Notes under the pieces: model-generated | Databases searched by the model: none | Seen by the model: the letters and a program-made list of their open reading frames with translations, nothing else | What the model was told of the DNA's origin: nothing | Shown here: piece by piece, positions 46,023 through 55,324 of the stretch | Position numbering within the stretch: position 1 is the first letter of the stretch | How the letters are laid out: every line of letters starts with the position of its first letter | DNA from: Candidatus Woesearchaeota archaeon | GTDB lineage: Archaea > Nanobdellota > Nanobdellia > Woesearchaeales > JAFCFN01 | NCBI GenBank assembly: GCA_017608625.1 | Contig: JAFCFN010000001.1 | Span: 19,828 to 83,827 of the forward strand | Length of the DNA: 64,000 nucleotides | Direction of reading: 5' to 3' | Made by a program: the position numbers and the translations under genes

Positions 46023-46705
46023 TCTATCCTCACTGGTTTACCCATTGTAAGTTTTAGTAGAACTGATTTTATGTTTTCTTTTTCTCGTGGTAAATGATGC
46101 AGTAAAGCATTATATATTGACAATATATTTTCTACAATATATTCATCTGGTGCGTCTTCTTTTCCAACAAGGCATTTAAAGGAATAGCTTGTTTTTAGTG
46201 AGACTTTAACTGTTTTTTGCAATTTTTCATATAATAGCTTAAGGTTAGCTGAAGGAGGAACAACGCATCCTGCTTTTGGATTAGGCATCTTTCCTCTTGG
46301 ACCCAATACTCTTCCAAGTGTTGCAGCCACTTTTGGCATTACATTTGCCTGAGCAATAAAAAAATCAAATTCTCTTGCTAATTTTTTTGCTATCTTTTTA
46401 TCTGTATATTTTGGTAGTTCATCTGCTAAAATTGTTTTATCACATATTTGTTCTGCCTGTGATTTTAGTTCAGGACCTACAATAGCACAAATCTTTTTCT
46501 TTTTTCCTATGTCAAAAGGCAATTGTGTGAAGAATTCTATTTGATTAGTAGGTTTTTTAAGGTCTAATCCTTTTACATTTATTATTAGGTCATAGCTCTG
46601 TTTAAAATTCCTTTTAGGACCTTCCTTAACCTTTTTCAGAACTTCCAATACTTTTTCTTTATTCATGGTTTCATTCCTCCTACCAGGGTCCTCAGATTTT
46701 TTCAA
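46019..46705 (-). CDS. rpl1: Ribosomal protein L1
   Basis: The gene is 228 aa. The sequence FDLIINVKGLDLKKP...VMPKVAATLGRVLGPRGKMPNPKAG matches the L1 signature. Confidence 0.85.
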   Translation of the reverse strand: MKKSEDPGRRNETMNKEKVLEVLKKVKEGPKRNFKQSYDLIINVKGLDLKKPTNQIEFFTQLPFDIGKKKKICAIVGPELKSQAEQICDKTILADELPKYTDKKIAKKLAREFDFFIAQANVMPKVAATLGRVLGPRGKMPNPKAGCVVPPSANLKLLYEKLQKTVKVSLKTSYSFKCLVGKEDAPDEYIVENILSIYNALLHHLPREKENIKSVLLKLTMGKPVRIE

Positions 46706-46790
46706 GGTAGTGCAAGCGGAATCGCTTTTCTAACCATACCTTTCTTATAGAATACTGGAGAAATTAGATGTTTATAAAGGTTTTGGATTT

Positions 46791-47444
46791 TTAATCTACG
46801 TAAGTTTTAAATTTGTTAATATTCTTTATAGGTATCTCTCCAAATTCGCAATTCTTGCAAGTAGGGTCTAGATTAACCCAATCTTCCTCTGTTTTGTATT
46901 TTTTTAAAGCCTCTGGCAAATATGCCTGTATATAAACATGTCCTGGAATAAATACAAATCTTGTTCTTATTCCAACTGCTCCTAATAAATTAGCAGCCAA
47001 AACAGATGCATCGTCACAATCTCCACCTCCATTAACAAGGCTTTCTTTTGCTGTTTTTACATATTCAAATGCGTTTGGATCAGAAACATAGTCAAATCTA
47101 TCTCTTACAAAATAGAATATTGCTTTTGCATGGCATACTTTATTACTTTTACAAGCTTTTGTTACAATTCTGTCAGCTGTTTGCTTTATAACAGGATCAT
47201 TGAAATTCAAAAATCTCAAAAAATCCTCCTTAGTGTTAATGGAATTATTAATAGTATCTAAAGAAATCTGGCTAGGAATAACCTCTTCAATTGTAGGTAT
47301 GTATTTAGGATAAGGGTCAATCTTAACAGCATAGCTTGGAATGTACCATAATACAATAATTAGAGCTAAGAATATCGCTAATATCCATTTAATAGGACCT
47401 TTGTACCATGGTTCTGGTTCTTCAGCTGGCTGTTTTTCTATCAT
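46791..47444 (-). CDS. Transglutaminase-like cysteine protease-fold protein, N-terminal TM
   Basis: GGGDCDDASVLAANLL carries the Cys nucleophile, and FIPGHVY carries a His. One N-terminal TM is present. Confidence 0.55.
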   Translation of the reverse strand: MIEKQPAEEPEPWYKGPIKWILAIFLALIIVLWYIPSYAVKIDPYPKYIPTIEEVIPSQISLDTINNSINTKEDFLRFLNFNDPVIKQTADRIVTKACKSNKVCHAKAIFYFVRDRFDYVSDPNAFEYVKTAKESLVNGGGDCDDASVLAANLLGAVGIRTRFVFIPGHVYIQAYLPEALKKYKTEEDWVNLDPTCKNCEFGEIPIKNINKFKTYVD

Positions 47445-47995
47445 TCCTTAAAAATTTGCGTTTGGAATTTATAAACCTTGACATTTAATTCTTTCCATGC
47501 ATTTGGAGGCAAGCCAGCTTTTATACAAGTATTTGCTAGAAATTCTTCTTTATTCCATTTCCATTCAACAGCAACTTGTGGGAGCAGTAAGCCTTTTAAT
47601 GGTCCTTTTTCGATAATTAGGCCATCTTTCCCTATTTCAATTTGCCTGAGTAATTCATCAGGTTTTTTGAATTTTATTTCAGCAGGTTTTGTTAAAACAG
47701 AAATTTCTATTTTAATATCTTTTAACTCATCTTCACTTACTGGTATAAATCTTGGGTCACCAAAAGCAGCTGCTTGAGCTGCTTGAATAACAGCTTTGTA
47801 CAAAGGAAAAACAGGTTCTGAATAACCAATACATCCTCTTAGTTCTTTGTTTTTGTACAATGTTACAAAAGCTCCCTGTTTTGTTGAGAATTCTTTTTTT
47901 ATATCCTCACTAATTTCAAGCCCTTCACCAAAATAAGAATTAATAGCTTGTCTGGCTAATTTTAGAAGTTTTTTGCCTTGTTCATTATTTAGCAT
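47441..47995 (-). CDS. AMMECR1-domain protein
   Basis: The conserved CIGYSEPVFPLYKAVIQAAQAAAFGDPRF region (CxG...DPRF) is present. Confidence 0.8.
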   Translation of the reverse strand: MLNNEQGKKLLKLARQAINSYFGEGLEISEDIKKEFSTKQGAFVTLYKNKELRGCIGYSEPVFPLYKAVIQAAQAAAFGDPRFIPVSEDELKDIKIEISVLTKPAEIKFKKPDELLRQIEIGKDGLIIEKGPLKGLLLPQVAVEWKWNKEEFLANTCIKAGLPPNAWKELNVKVYKFQTQIFKE

Positions 47996-48002
47996 AGTAG
48001 AA

Positions 48003-48281
48003 CTAACATTTTATCTTTTTAGCTTCTTGCTTAAATTTGTTTAACTGAGTTTCTAATCTTTTAATAGCTGCTGCTAGTGCTTTTCTTGGTGTTTCTTTTC
48101 CATCTGTCTCTACCAATAATCGTGGAATTCCAACTATAGGATGTTCTATTCTGTAAGCAGCTACTTTTACATGGGGATCATTCCACAATTCTGATTTCAA
48201 GAAATTACAGAAAGTGTGAGTTTCTCCTTTTATTTCTAATTCTAGCTTGTTTTTGGTTTCATTGATAATTTTTAATTCCAT
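48003..48281 (-). CDS. rpoL: DNA-directed RNA polymerase subunit L (Rpb11 homolog)
   Basis: The sequence is MELKIINETKNKLELEIKGETHTFCNFLKSELWNDPHVKVAAYRIEHPIVGIPRLLVET. Confidence 0.75.
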   Translation of the reverse strand: MELKIINETKNKLELEIKGETHTFCNFLKSELWNDPHVKVAAYRIEHPIVGIPRLLVETDGKETPRKALAAAIKRLETQLNKFKQEAKKIKC

Positions 48282-48408
48282 ACAAAAACAAAAAGTTCCT
48301 GGGTTTTTAAAGTTTTCTAAATGTTTTGATGTTAAAATCTGCTTCTTTTATAAGTACTATATGGTCTCAAAGAAAGTTTTAAATAGCTCTATTTAATAGC
48401 ATAAAACT

Positions 48409-50175
48409 ATGATAACAGCAAAGGAATTGAAACAGAAGTATTTTGAATTTTTTAAGAGCAAAGGCCATGCCTTGATTAGTTCTGCTTCTTTGATTCCGGA
48501 GCATGATCCGACTGTTTTGTTTACAACAGCTGGAATGCATCCTTTAGTTCCATTTTTAATGGGTCAGCCTCATCCTTTAGGCAAGAGATTGGTAGATGTT
48601 CAGAAATGCATTAGAACAGGAGATATTGATGCAGTAGGAGATGGTATGCATTTAACTTTTTTTGAGATGCTTGGCAATTGGTCATTAGGAGATTATTTCA
48701 AGAAAGAGGCAATAGAATGGAGTTTTGAGTTTTTGACTAAATGGCTTGGTTTTAATTCAGATAAAATATCTGTTACAGTGTTTGCAGGAGATAAGGATGC
48801 TCCTAGAGACGAGGAATCAGCAAGCATATGGAAATCTTTGGGAATTCCGGAAGAAAGGATTTATTATTTGCCAAAAGAGGATAATTGGTGGGGTCCAGCA
48901 GGAAAGACTGGTCCTTGTGGACCTTGTACAGAAATGTTTATTGATACAGGTAAGAGAAAATGTTCTCCAGAATGCAGGCCTGGATGTAACTGTGGAAAAT
49001 ATTTTGAGATATGGAATGATGTTTTTATGGAGTATAATAAAAAGGAAGATGGGAGTTATGAAAAATTAAAACAAAGAAATGTTGATACCGGAATGGGGGT
49101 AGAGAGAACAGTTGCAATGATAAATGGTTATGATTCTGTTTATGAAACAGACGTTTTTAAACCTATCATTGATAAGATAAAAGAGTTAGCAAAGGTTGAT
49201 AATTTTACTCATGAACAAATAAGAAGTGTGAGAATAATAGCTGATCATATGAAGGCAGCTACTTTTATTTTAGGTGATGAAAGAGGTGTTACACCATCTA
49301 ACCTAGACCAAGGTTATATTTTAAGAAGATTCATTAGAAGAAGCATAAGACATGGAAGATTATTGGGAATTGAATCAGATCTTTGCAGACCAATTGCCAA
49401 GGTTGTTATTGAATTATACAAAGATGGCTATCCTGAACTGAAAGAAAAAGAGAAATTCGTAATGGATGAATTACTAAAAGAAGAGGAAAGATTTAGACAC
49501 ACTTTAGAAAGAGGATTAAAAGAGTTTGAGAAGATTTCAAGAAAGGGAGATATCTCAGGAAAAGATGCATTTTTGTTATTTCAAAGCTATGGATTTCCAT
49601 TTGAGATTGTGAGAGAGCTTGCTCATGAAAAAGGTATTAAAGTAGATGAAGAAGGATTTAATGCAGAGTATAAGAAGCACCAAGAATTATCAAGAAAAGG
49701 TGCTGAAAAAAGATTTAAAGGAGGTTTATCAGAGGCTTCTGCTATAACAGCAAAACTTCATACCGCAACTCACCTTCTTGGAGAGGCATTGAGAAGAGTT
49801 CTTGGAAGTAAGGATATAAAACAAAAAGGATCTAATATTACTCCAGAAAGGTTAAGGTATGATTTTAATTTTGATAGAAAATTAACACCGGAGGAGATCA
49901 AAAAAGTAGAGGATTTGGTGAATGAAAAAATAAAAGAGGGCTTAGATGTAATAAGAGAAGAGATACCTTTGGAAGAAGCAATTAAATCAGGAGCACAGGC
50001 AGAGTTTGGAGCAAAATATCCTCCAAGGGTTTTTGTGTATTCTATAGGAGATTTTTCAAAAGAGATTTGCATGGGTCCTCATGTCACTAATACAAAAGAA
50101 CTAGGACATTTCAAAATAATAAAAGAAGAATCAGTTGCAGCTGGGATCAGGAGAATCAAAGCTATTTTAGAGTAA
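48409..50175 (+). CDS. alaS: Alanyl-tRNA synthetase, bacterial-type, compact (catalytic, tRNA-recognition and editing domains; no C-Ala domain)
   Basis: The segments FFKSKGHALISSASLIPEHDPTVLFTTAGM, FFEMLGNWSLGDYFK, TGPCGPCTE and WNDVFMEY are close to E. coli AlaRS. The editing-domain HxxxH (HTATHLL) and CxxxH (CMGPHV) are present. The gene is 588 aa. Confidence 0.8.
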   Translation: MITAKELKQKYFEFFKSKGHALISSASLIPEHDPTVLFTTAGMHPLVPFLMGQPHPLGKRLVDVQKCIRTGDIDAVGDGMHLTFFEMLGNWSLGDYFKKEAIEWSFEFLTKWLGFNSDKISVTVFAGDKDAPRDEESASIWKSLGIPEERIYYLPKEDNWWGPAGKTGPCGPCTEMFIDTGKRKCSPECRPGCNCGKYFEIWNDVFMEYNKKEDGSYEKLKQRNVDTGMGVERTVAMINGYDSVYETDVFKPIIDKIKELAKVDNFTHEQIRSVRIIADHMKAATFILGDERGVTPSNLDQGYILRRFIRRSIRHGRLLGIESDLCRPIAKVVIELYKDGYPELKEKEKFVMDELLKEEERFRHTLERGLKEFEKISRKGDISGKDAFLLFQSYGFPFEIVRELAHEKGIKVDEEGFNAEYKKHQELSRKGAEKRFKGGLSEASAITAKLHTATHLLGEALRRVLGSKDIKQKGSNITPERLRYDFNFDRKLTPEEIKKVEDLVNEKIKEGLDVIREEIPLEEAIKSGAQAEFGAKYPPRVFVYSIGDFSKEICMGPHVTNTKELGHFKIIKEESVAAGIRRIKAILE

Positions 50176-50193
50176 TTTATGTTATTTTTTTAC

Positions 50194-50559
50194 TTAACCA
50201 AAAATAGCATAAAGTGTCCAGATTGCTATTGCTAACCAAATCAATACTGATAACCACGATTTCTTAAGAGATACTACTTTTCTTAGTTTTAATACAGCGT
50301 TTGGGTAAGGAGCCCATGCTACTGCTATTAATAGAGATGTAAATAACATTACAGCAGCTACTTGTACTATGCTTATACTAGCAAAGATGTAATATCCGAC
50401 AACTGCTGAAAGAACTAAACAGATTATACCTAGTAGTGTGCCATTTTTCCAAACTGCTTCAGTTAGCTTCATCCATGATTTTGGGCTGATAATAACGAAC
50501 AAAAGCTTTACCAAAACCAAAATTGCAAAGATTGCTGCCAAAGTTTCTAAAGCTGCCAT
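50194..50559 (-). CDS. Small membrane protein (4 TM)
   Basis: The composition is hydrophobic and no family is recognised. Confidence 0.35.
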   Translation of the reverse strand: MAALETLAAIFAILVLVKLLFVIISPKSWMKLTEAVWKNGTLLGIICLVLSAVVGYYIFASISIVQVAAVMLFTSLLIAVAWAPYPNAVLKLRKVVSLKKSWLSVLIWLAIAIWTLYAIFG

Positions 50560-50817
50560 TCATTCCACCACTTTGTATACAATATCATTCTCTCTCGCAT
50601 GCTCTGTAACTTTTAATCCTATTGCTTGACCTTGTTTTGCTTCTTCTACTTGTTCATGCTCTATTTGCATACTATCTACTTTTTGTGTAAAATCAGATGT
50701 TGCTCCTTTTATATGTATTGTATCTCCTACTTTTAAATCACCTTTTGTTAGCTCTATTACAGCTACACCTATCTTTGTAAAGTAGTGTTTTACAACACCT
50801 ATTTCTTCTTCAGGCAT
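50560..50817 (-). CDS. Hypothetical small beta-rich protein
   Basis: The 85-aa ORF has the pattern GVVKHYFTKIGVAVIELTKGDLKVGDTIHIKG, which suggests a small beta-barrel. Confidence 0.3.
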   Translation of the reverse strand: MPEEEIGVVKHYFTKIGVAVIELTKGDLKVGDTIHIKGATSDFTQKVDSMQIEHEQVEEAKQGQAIGLKVTEHARENDIVYKVVE

Positions 50818-50854
50818 TTGATCACCTCAAGTGTAAATAAAGAATTGCTTCTTA

Positions 50855-51886
50855 TTAAACTTTCGGTTTATTGAAGTAGTAACTCAACCTTCTGATTGCT
50901 CTCAGTTTATCTTTCTCTCCTATTTTGGCTTGTTGGATAGCATTCCTGAGTATTTCTGTAGTATGATCTATGAGTTTTTTATCAATAGGATACGGTATGC
51001 CGTCTTTACCTCCATGAGCAAAAGAGTATTTGACAGGATCTTTCCATGTTAATTTATTACCATAAATTATTTCAGCTGTTAAAGCAAGGCTTCTTATTGC
51101 TTTTGGACCAATTCCTTTTATTGCTACCAATTCTTCGTAATTCTCTGGTTGAATCTCAGCTGCTTTTCTTAAAATTTCAATATTTCTTTTTTCCATGTTT
51201 TTAATAAGATGATTCTTCTGCATTGTAAAATCATTAACTAAGTCAACAGAAGCTTTTCTGATTTCTTCATTTTCTTTGTTTGTCATATCTAAAACATTTT
51301 TCTCTTTTTTATCACAACATATTGCTGTTTGAGGCTCATCAACAAAGCTTTCAATCTCTTCACTTAACCAGTGATATCTTCTTGCATAATTGTTGTAATT
51401 ATTCATTCCTTGCTGAATAACAGCCCAGTTACCCTTTTCTGTGAAAATAAAACAGTGATGATAAAGTTGATAATTATCTTGTACTAAACTATTATCAACT
51501 TTTGCTGATAGTTTTGAAGCATAGATAAGTTTGTTAATCTTTTTTGTTGATAAAGAAAAATTACAGTTTAAAATTTCATCAGGAGTTTTTCTGCTTGTAT
51601 TGCCTTTTCCACCACAAATCTTTATTCCAATTTCAGCATCTTTCAAAGCCTCTCTCAGAGCCCCACAAGTTGTTGTAGTTAAACCAGAGCTATGCCAGTC
51701 AAACCCTAGAACACAACCTAGACCTTGAAACCAATAAGGGTTTGATAACCTTCTTAAAAATTCATCTTGGTTATATTCATAAACAATTACTTCTGTTATT
51801 GCTTTTGCTAGTTTGACCATTCTTCCAAATAGCCATCTCGGAGCTTTGCCTGTATGTAATGGAAGATTTACTACACCAGTTCTCAT
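50855..51886 (-). CDS. DUF763-like archaeal protein with a C-terminal helix-hairpin-helix
   Basis: The N-terminus MRTGVVNLPLHTGKAPRWLFGRMVKLAKAI matches my memory of DUF763. The C-terminal HhH is AIKGIGPKAIRSLALTAEI. Confidence 0.45.
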   Translation of the reverse strand: MRTGVVNLPLHTGKAPRWLFGRMVKLAKAITEVIVYEYNQDEFLRRLSNPYWFQGLGCVLGFDWHSSGLTTTTCGALREALKDAEIGIKICGGKGNTSRKTPDEILNCNFSLSTKKINKLIYASKLSAKVDNSLVQDNYQLYHHCFIFTEKGNWAVIQQGMNNYNNYARRYHWLSEEIESFVDEPQTAICCDKKEKNVLDMTNKENEEIRKASVDLVNDFTMQKNHLIKNMEKRNIEILRKAAEIQPENYEELVAIKGIGPKAIRSLALTAEIIYGNKLTWKDPVKYSFAHGGKDGIPYPIDKKLIDHTTEILRNAIQQAKIGEKDKLRAIRRLSYYFNKPKV

Positions 51887-51923
51887 GCTTTTTTATGAGA
51901 AATGAATATATTTAAATGCTCTG

Positions 51924-52751
51924 TCAGACCTTGTCCAGTGACCAGTGAAGTTTGTTGTTCTTAGCCCAGTAAAATAAATACTCTTGGGCATAGCCAGCAT
52001 AACCATCAAAATATTTTTGTGCAAATTTAACAATCTTTTCATTAGAAATCATTTTTCCTTTAAAGTAATATTTTTGCATTACTCTTCTTATCCAGACATC
52101 AACTGGAAATGCTTCCATTTTATCAAAAGCGTAAAGCAAGACACAGTCAGCTATCTTGCTTCCGACACCCGGCAATTTGATTAATTCTTTTTTTGCTTCC
52201 TTATAAGTCATATTTCTTAATCTATTTAAATTAAATCTTTTACTGGCAATAAATTTGGATACAGCAAGAACATACTTGGCTTTAAAACCAAGTTTACATC
52301 CCTTTAATTGCTTTAAACTTGCTTTTGCTAATCTTTTTGCTGATGGAAAGGCATAAAATCCATCAACCTTTTTACCAAATTTTTTGCTTAAATTCAAAAC
52401 CTGTCTTTTAATATTTGGAATATTTGTGTTTGCAGAGCAGATATAGGAAATTAAGCATTGAAATGGGTCTTCTCTAACCAATCTTAGGCCTTTATAGTTT
52501 TTGATTGCTTGTTTGATGATCTTATCCTTCGATATCTTTTTGTAAATCTTATTTAAATCATCATCCAATCTTAATAGATAATTCAAGATATTTTTACTAG
52601 AATTAGTAATCAGATAATTGCCTTGCTGTTTAACTTTGATTAATCTATTCTCCCGTACAGTATAATACCAATCATCTATCTTGTGCCATCTGAATGTTTG
52701 GCCACATTCTAGAGTGTGTTTAAGACTAAAATTTTTGACTCTGATTTTCAT
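51924..52751 (-). CDS. ogg: 8-oxoguanine DNA glycosylase / HhH-GPD DNA glycosylase-lyase (Ogg-type)
   Basis: The HhH-GPD segment LIKLPGVGSKIADCVLLYAF is followed by the catalytic Asp region DVWIRRV. Confidence 0.65.
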   Translation of the reverse strand: MKIRVKNFSLKHTLECGQTFRWHKIDDWYYTVRENRLIKVKQQGNYLITNSSKNILNYLLRLDDDLNKIYKKISKDKIIKQAIKNYKGLRLVREDPFQCLISYICSANTNIPNIKRQVLNLSKKFGKKVDGFYAFPSAKRLAKASLKQLKGCKLGFKAKYVLAVSKFIASKRFNLNRLRNMTYKEAKKELIKLPGVGSKIADCVLLYAFDKMEAFPVDVWIRRVMQKYYFKGKMISNEKIVKFAQKYFDGYAGYAQEYLFYWAKNNKLHWSLDKV

Positions 52752-52780
52752 ATCAAAAAGAAAAGAAAGAAACAGATTAT

Positions 52781-53149
52781 TTAAGCTTTTTCTATCAGTT
52801 TCTTTCCTCTTTTTTTCATAAATTTTTCAGCACATTCATTACAACAGAACAAGAATATCTCAGCTCCAATTTTTCTCTCTACAATGCTTGACTTATCTTG
52901 GCCTAATAATTTGCCACAATATCTGCAAGAAGTTTTACTGCCTCTTCCTTCAGCTCCTTCCATAAAAGCTTCTTCCCAAGGAGCTATTGCATCCTCATCA
53001 AGCATCATTTCTCTTGCTTCTTCAGAATAAACAGTTTTTTCTGCTTCTCCTTCTTGAATTTCTTCTGTTTTTTCTTCTTCTGTTTCTCCTGTTTTATCTT
53101 CTTCTTTGTAAACGTTTTCTTCAACAATTTCTTCTTTAGCCTCTTCCAT
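52781..53149 (-). CDS. Acidic N-terminus plus a TRASH/FCS-like zinc-finger protein
   Basis: The C-terminus CRYCGKLLGQDKSSIVERKIGAEIFLFCCNECAEKF fits the C-x2-C ... FC-x-C pattern. Confidence 0.4.
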   Translation of the reverse strand: MEEAKEEIVEENVYKEEDKTGETEEEKTEEIQEGEAEKTVYSEEAREMMLDEDAIAPWEEAFMEGAEGRGSKTSCRYCGKLLGQDKSSIVERKIGAEIFLFCCNECAEKFMKKRGKKLIEKA

Positions 53150-53219
53150 AGAAAGCTTTAAATAGTGAGGGGTATTTAAAGGTTTTGTTGGTGGAGCTAC
53201 TTGGGGAGGTGATGAGTAC

Positions 53220-53261
53220 TTCGGTGCTTTACACCGAATGAAGATTTTTCGGAATCTTCAT
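53220..53261 (-). promoter_or_regulatory. Two adjacent perfect hairpins in the leader/upstream region of the TRASH-protein gene
   Basis: ttcggtg-cttta-caccgaa is a 7-bp stem, and atgaagatt-tttcgg-aatcttcat is a 9-bp stem. caccgaa recurs at 53276-82. Confidence 0.4.
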
Positions 53262-53321
53262 ATCCCAAGCTTTGACACCGAAAAGAATTCTAATCTTTTA
53301 GAAAAAACAAAAAGAAATAAA

Positions 53322-53377
53322 AGCTCCCTATTGTTTTAAGTGGGGGTGGTTAGTTAGAAGGAGGGCAATAGGGAGCT
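53322..53377 (-). terminator. Strong stem-loop (12-bp perfect stem) followed by a T-rich tract, abutting the stop of 53377..53781
   Basis: agctccctattg (53322-33) pairs with caatagggagct (53366-77). On the minus-strand RNA the hairpin is followed by UUUUAUUUCUUUUUGUUUUUU. Confidence 0.5.
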
Positions 53378-53781
53378 TATAAGTATGAACCAGGCTTTTT
53401 TCTCAGCTCTCTGAGCCACATGATTCCTATTCTGATTAATTCTTTGTTGAATGCATCTGACAGTTTGTATGTTTTTTTGTAAAGGTCATATTCAATAATA
53501 CCCATTCCTTTCATTGGTGTTAGTATTCTGTCATAAAACTGCCTTTTGTTGTATGAGATCTTTACTTTTTTTCCTTTGTATGGTTCTTCTTCAATCTCTG
53601 TTATTAAATTGCCCTCATGAAGCTTTGTTGCAAACAGGCTCATTTCAGTTTTGCCTAATTCACCTCCTTTTTCCTTCATCTCATTAACTAACAATTTAGC
53701 AACAATCTTTTGTTGTTTTGTTGCAAATATTATTTCAAATATGTCTTTTGGAAGGTTAAATCTATCAAATAATATTACCAT
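53377..53781 (-). CDS. Hypothetical protein
   Basis: The ORF is coding-like, 134 aa, with no motif I recognise. Confidence 0.3.
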   Translation of the reverse strand: MVILFDRFNLPKDIFEIIFATKQQKIVAKLLVNEMKEKGGELGKTEMSLFATKLHEGNLITEIEEEPYKGKKVKISYNKRQFYDRILTPMKGMGIIEYDLYKKTYKLSDAFNKELIRIGIMWLRELRKKPGSYL

Positions 53782-53904
53782 TTTTCATTCTACTTGCTAT
53801 TCGTCAGATATATGGAAAGATAAACTAGTATATAAATATTACGATTTTGTATACTGGCTCAAGATGGAAAAAATTAAAAATAACTAATATTTTAAGCTTC
53901 TTAA

Positions 53905-54309
53905 ATGGAAGAGATAATTCTTAATACAACAAAACATAATGAAATAATTAATATAACAGACAAGATACAAAAAATAGTTGATAAGTCTAAGGTTAAAGAT
54001 GGAATTTGCTCTGTTTTTACACCGCATGCAACAGGTGCAATTATAATAAATGAGAATTATGATCCTGGATTGTGTAAGGATATTATAAAAGCTTTAGGTG
54101 TGATTGTACCTGAGAGATCAGATTGGGAACATGACAGAATTGATAATAATGCAGCTGCTCATATAAAGGCAGCTATTTTAGGCCCTTCTGAGACAATTCA
54201 AATTAGGAATGGAAGATTGCAACTTGGACAGTGGCAAGACATAAGTTTTATTGAGTTTGATGGTCCAAGAGCTGGAAGAAGGATTTTGGTTGAGATTATT
54301 GAAAAATGA
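53905..54309 (+). CDS. YjbQ/UPF0047 family protein
   Basis: The sequence CSVFTPHATGAIIINENYDPGLCKDI...WEHDRIDNNAAAHIKAAILGPSETI matches the UPF0047 conserved blocks. Confidence 0.7.
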   Translation: MEEIILNTTKHNEIINITDKIQKIVDKSKVKDGICSVFTPHATGAIIINENYDPGLCKDIIKALGVIVPERSDWEHDRIDNNAAAHIKAAILGPSETIQIRNGRLQLGQWQDISFIEFDGPRAGRRILVEIIEK

Positions 54310-54761
54310 TATGTGAATTATGCGGAAAGGAAGCGCAGTTGTTTAAAACAGAGATAGAAGGAACACAGTTAAATGTTTGTAAAGACTGTGCTAAATTTGG
54401 CAATATTTTAGAAGAAGTCAAAGAAAAAAAAGTAGAAATAAAAACAAAAGTAAAAAAGAAAGAACCAGGAGATGAGATTATAGAGATAGTTGTAAGTGAT
54501 TTTGCTCAAAAAATAAAAAACAGGAGAGAAAAACTTAAACTAAAGCAAGAAGAGTTAGCAAAAAAATTAGGGATAAAAGAAAGTTTACTTCATCATATAG
54601 AATCTAGAAAGTTTATGCCGAGTATAGAACTTGCAAAGAGAATAGAGAAGTTTTTAAAGATTAAATTAGTGGAAGAATATATTGAAACAGGAATGAATAT
54701 CGCAAAAGGAGAGACAGCTGAGTTAACAATAGGCGATATTGTAGAATTAAAAAGAAAATGA
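54306..54761 (+). CDS. mbf1: Multiprotein-bridging factor 1 homolog (aMBF1: N-terminal zinc ribbon plus Cro/C1 HTH)
   Basis: The zinc ribbon is CELCGKEA...CKDCAKFG. The C-terminal XRE-type HTH is LKQEELAKKLGIKESLLHHIE. Confidence 0.7.
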   Translation: MICELCGKEAQLFKTEIEGTQLNVCKDCAKFGNILEEVKEKKVEIKTKVKKKEPGDEIIEIVVSDFAQKIKNRREKLKLKQEELAKKLGIKESLLHHIESRKFMPSIELAKRIEKFLKIKLVEEYIETGMNIAKGETAELTIGDIVELKRK

Positions 54762-55324
54762 TGTCTAAACAAATAACAAAAATATTCTATTTAATAGCAG
54801 AAGGATATAATTATAATGCTAAGCTATCAAAACTTCTCAAAAGAAGCAAAGCAACACTTAACTCGCAACTGAATGAGCTTAAAAAACTACAGCTTATTAA
54901 ATGGGTTAAGAAGCCAGGCAATATAACTGAGTATGATTTGAATTTTGATAAACTAGCTGAGCTGATTATTGAGTTAATTGATGAAGCTGATCAAAGATAT
55001 CAAAAAAAATTCAAAAAACTCCCCTCTTTAAATATCAAAGAAGCTGAAAAAGCTATTAAAGCTGCTTTAAAAGAAAATTTTATTCAATTACTTCTGAAAG
55101 AGCATTTTTCTGTTTGTTCAAAACAGGATGTTGAGTTAAAGAATGCATTATCAATGTTTTTGAGAGCAATTGGTTCTTTTACAAAAGAAGAAATAAAGAA
55201 AATAAAAACCGATAAAATAAAAAGTTTTCAAGTTTTGTATAAATATGCGAGAGATTTCTATTTGAAGGAGCTAGTTTTTAATCCTATTTTTATATTAAGA
55301 CAAAGAATAATGAGAGGTAGTTAA
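54758..55324 (+). CDS. Hypothetical protein with an N-terminal wHTH-like segment
   Basis: YLIAEGYNYNAKLSKLLKRSKATLNSQLNELKKLQLIKWV is HTH-like. The call is weak. Confidence 0.3.
   Translation: MMSKQITKIFYLIAEGYNYNAKLSKLLKRSKATLNSQLNELKKLQLIKWVKKPGNITEYDLNFDKLAELIIELIDEADQRYQKKFKKLPSLNIKEAEKAIKAALKENFIQLLLKEHFSVCSKQDVELKNALSMFLRAIGSFTKEEIKKIKTDKIKSFQVLYKYARDFYLKELVFNPIFILRQRIMRGS

Noticed and set aside
46705-46790. A possible L1-binding autoregulatory structure in the rpl1 leader (gcaagcggaatcgctt hairpin).
   Set aside because: It is only a 5-bp stem with weak resemblance to the 23S L1 site, which I cannot verify by eye. It is mentioned under the hairpin-family finding and not as a separate feature.
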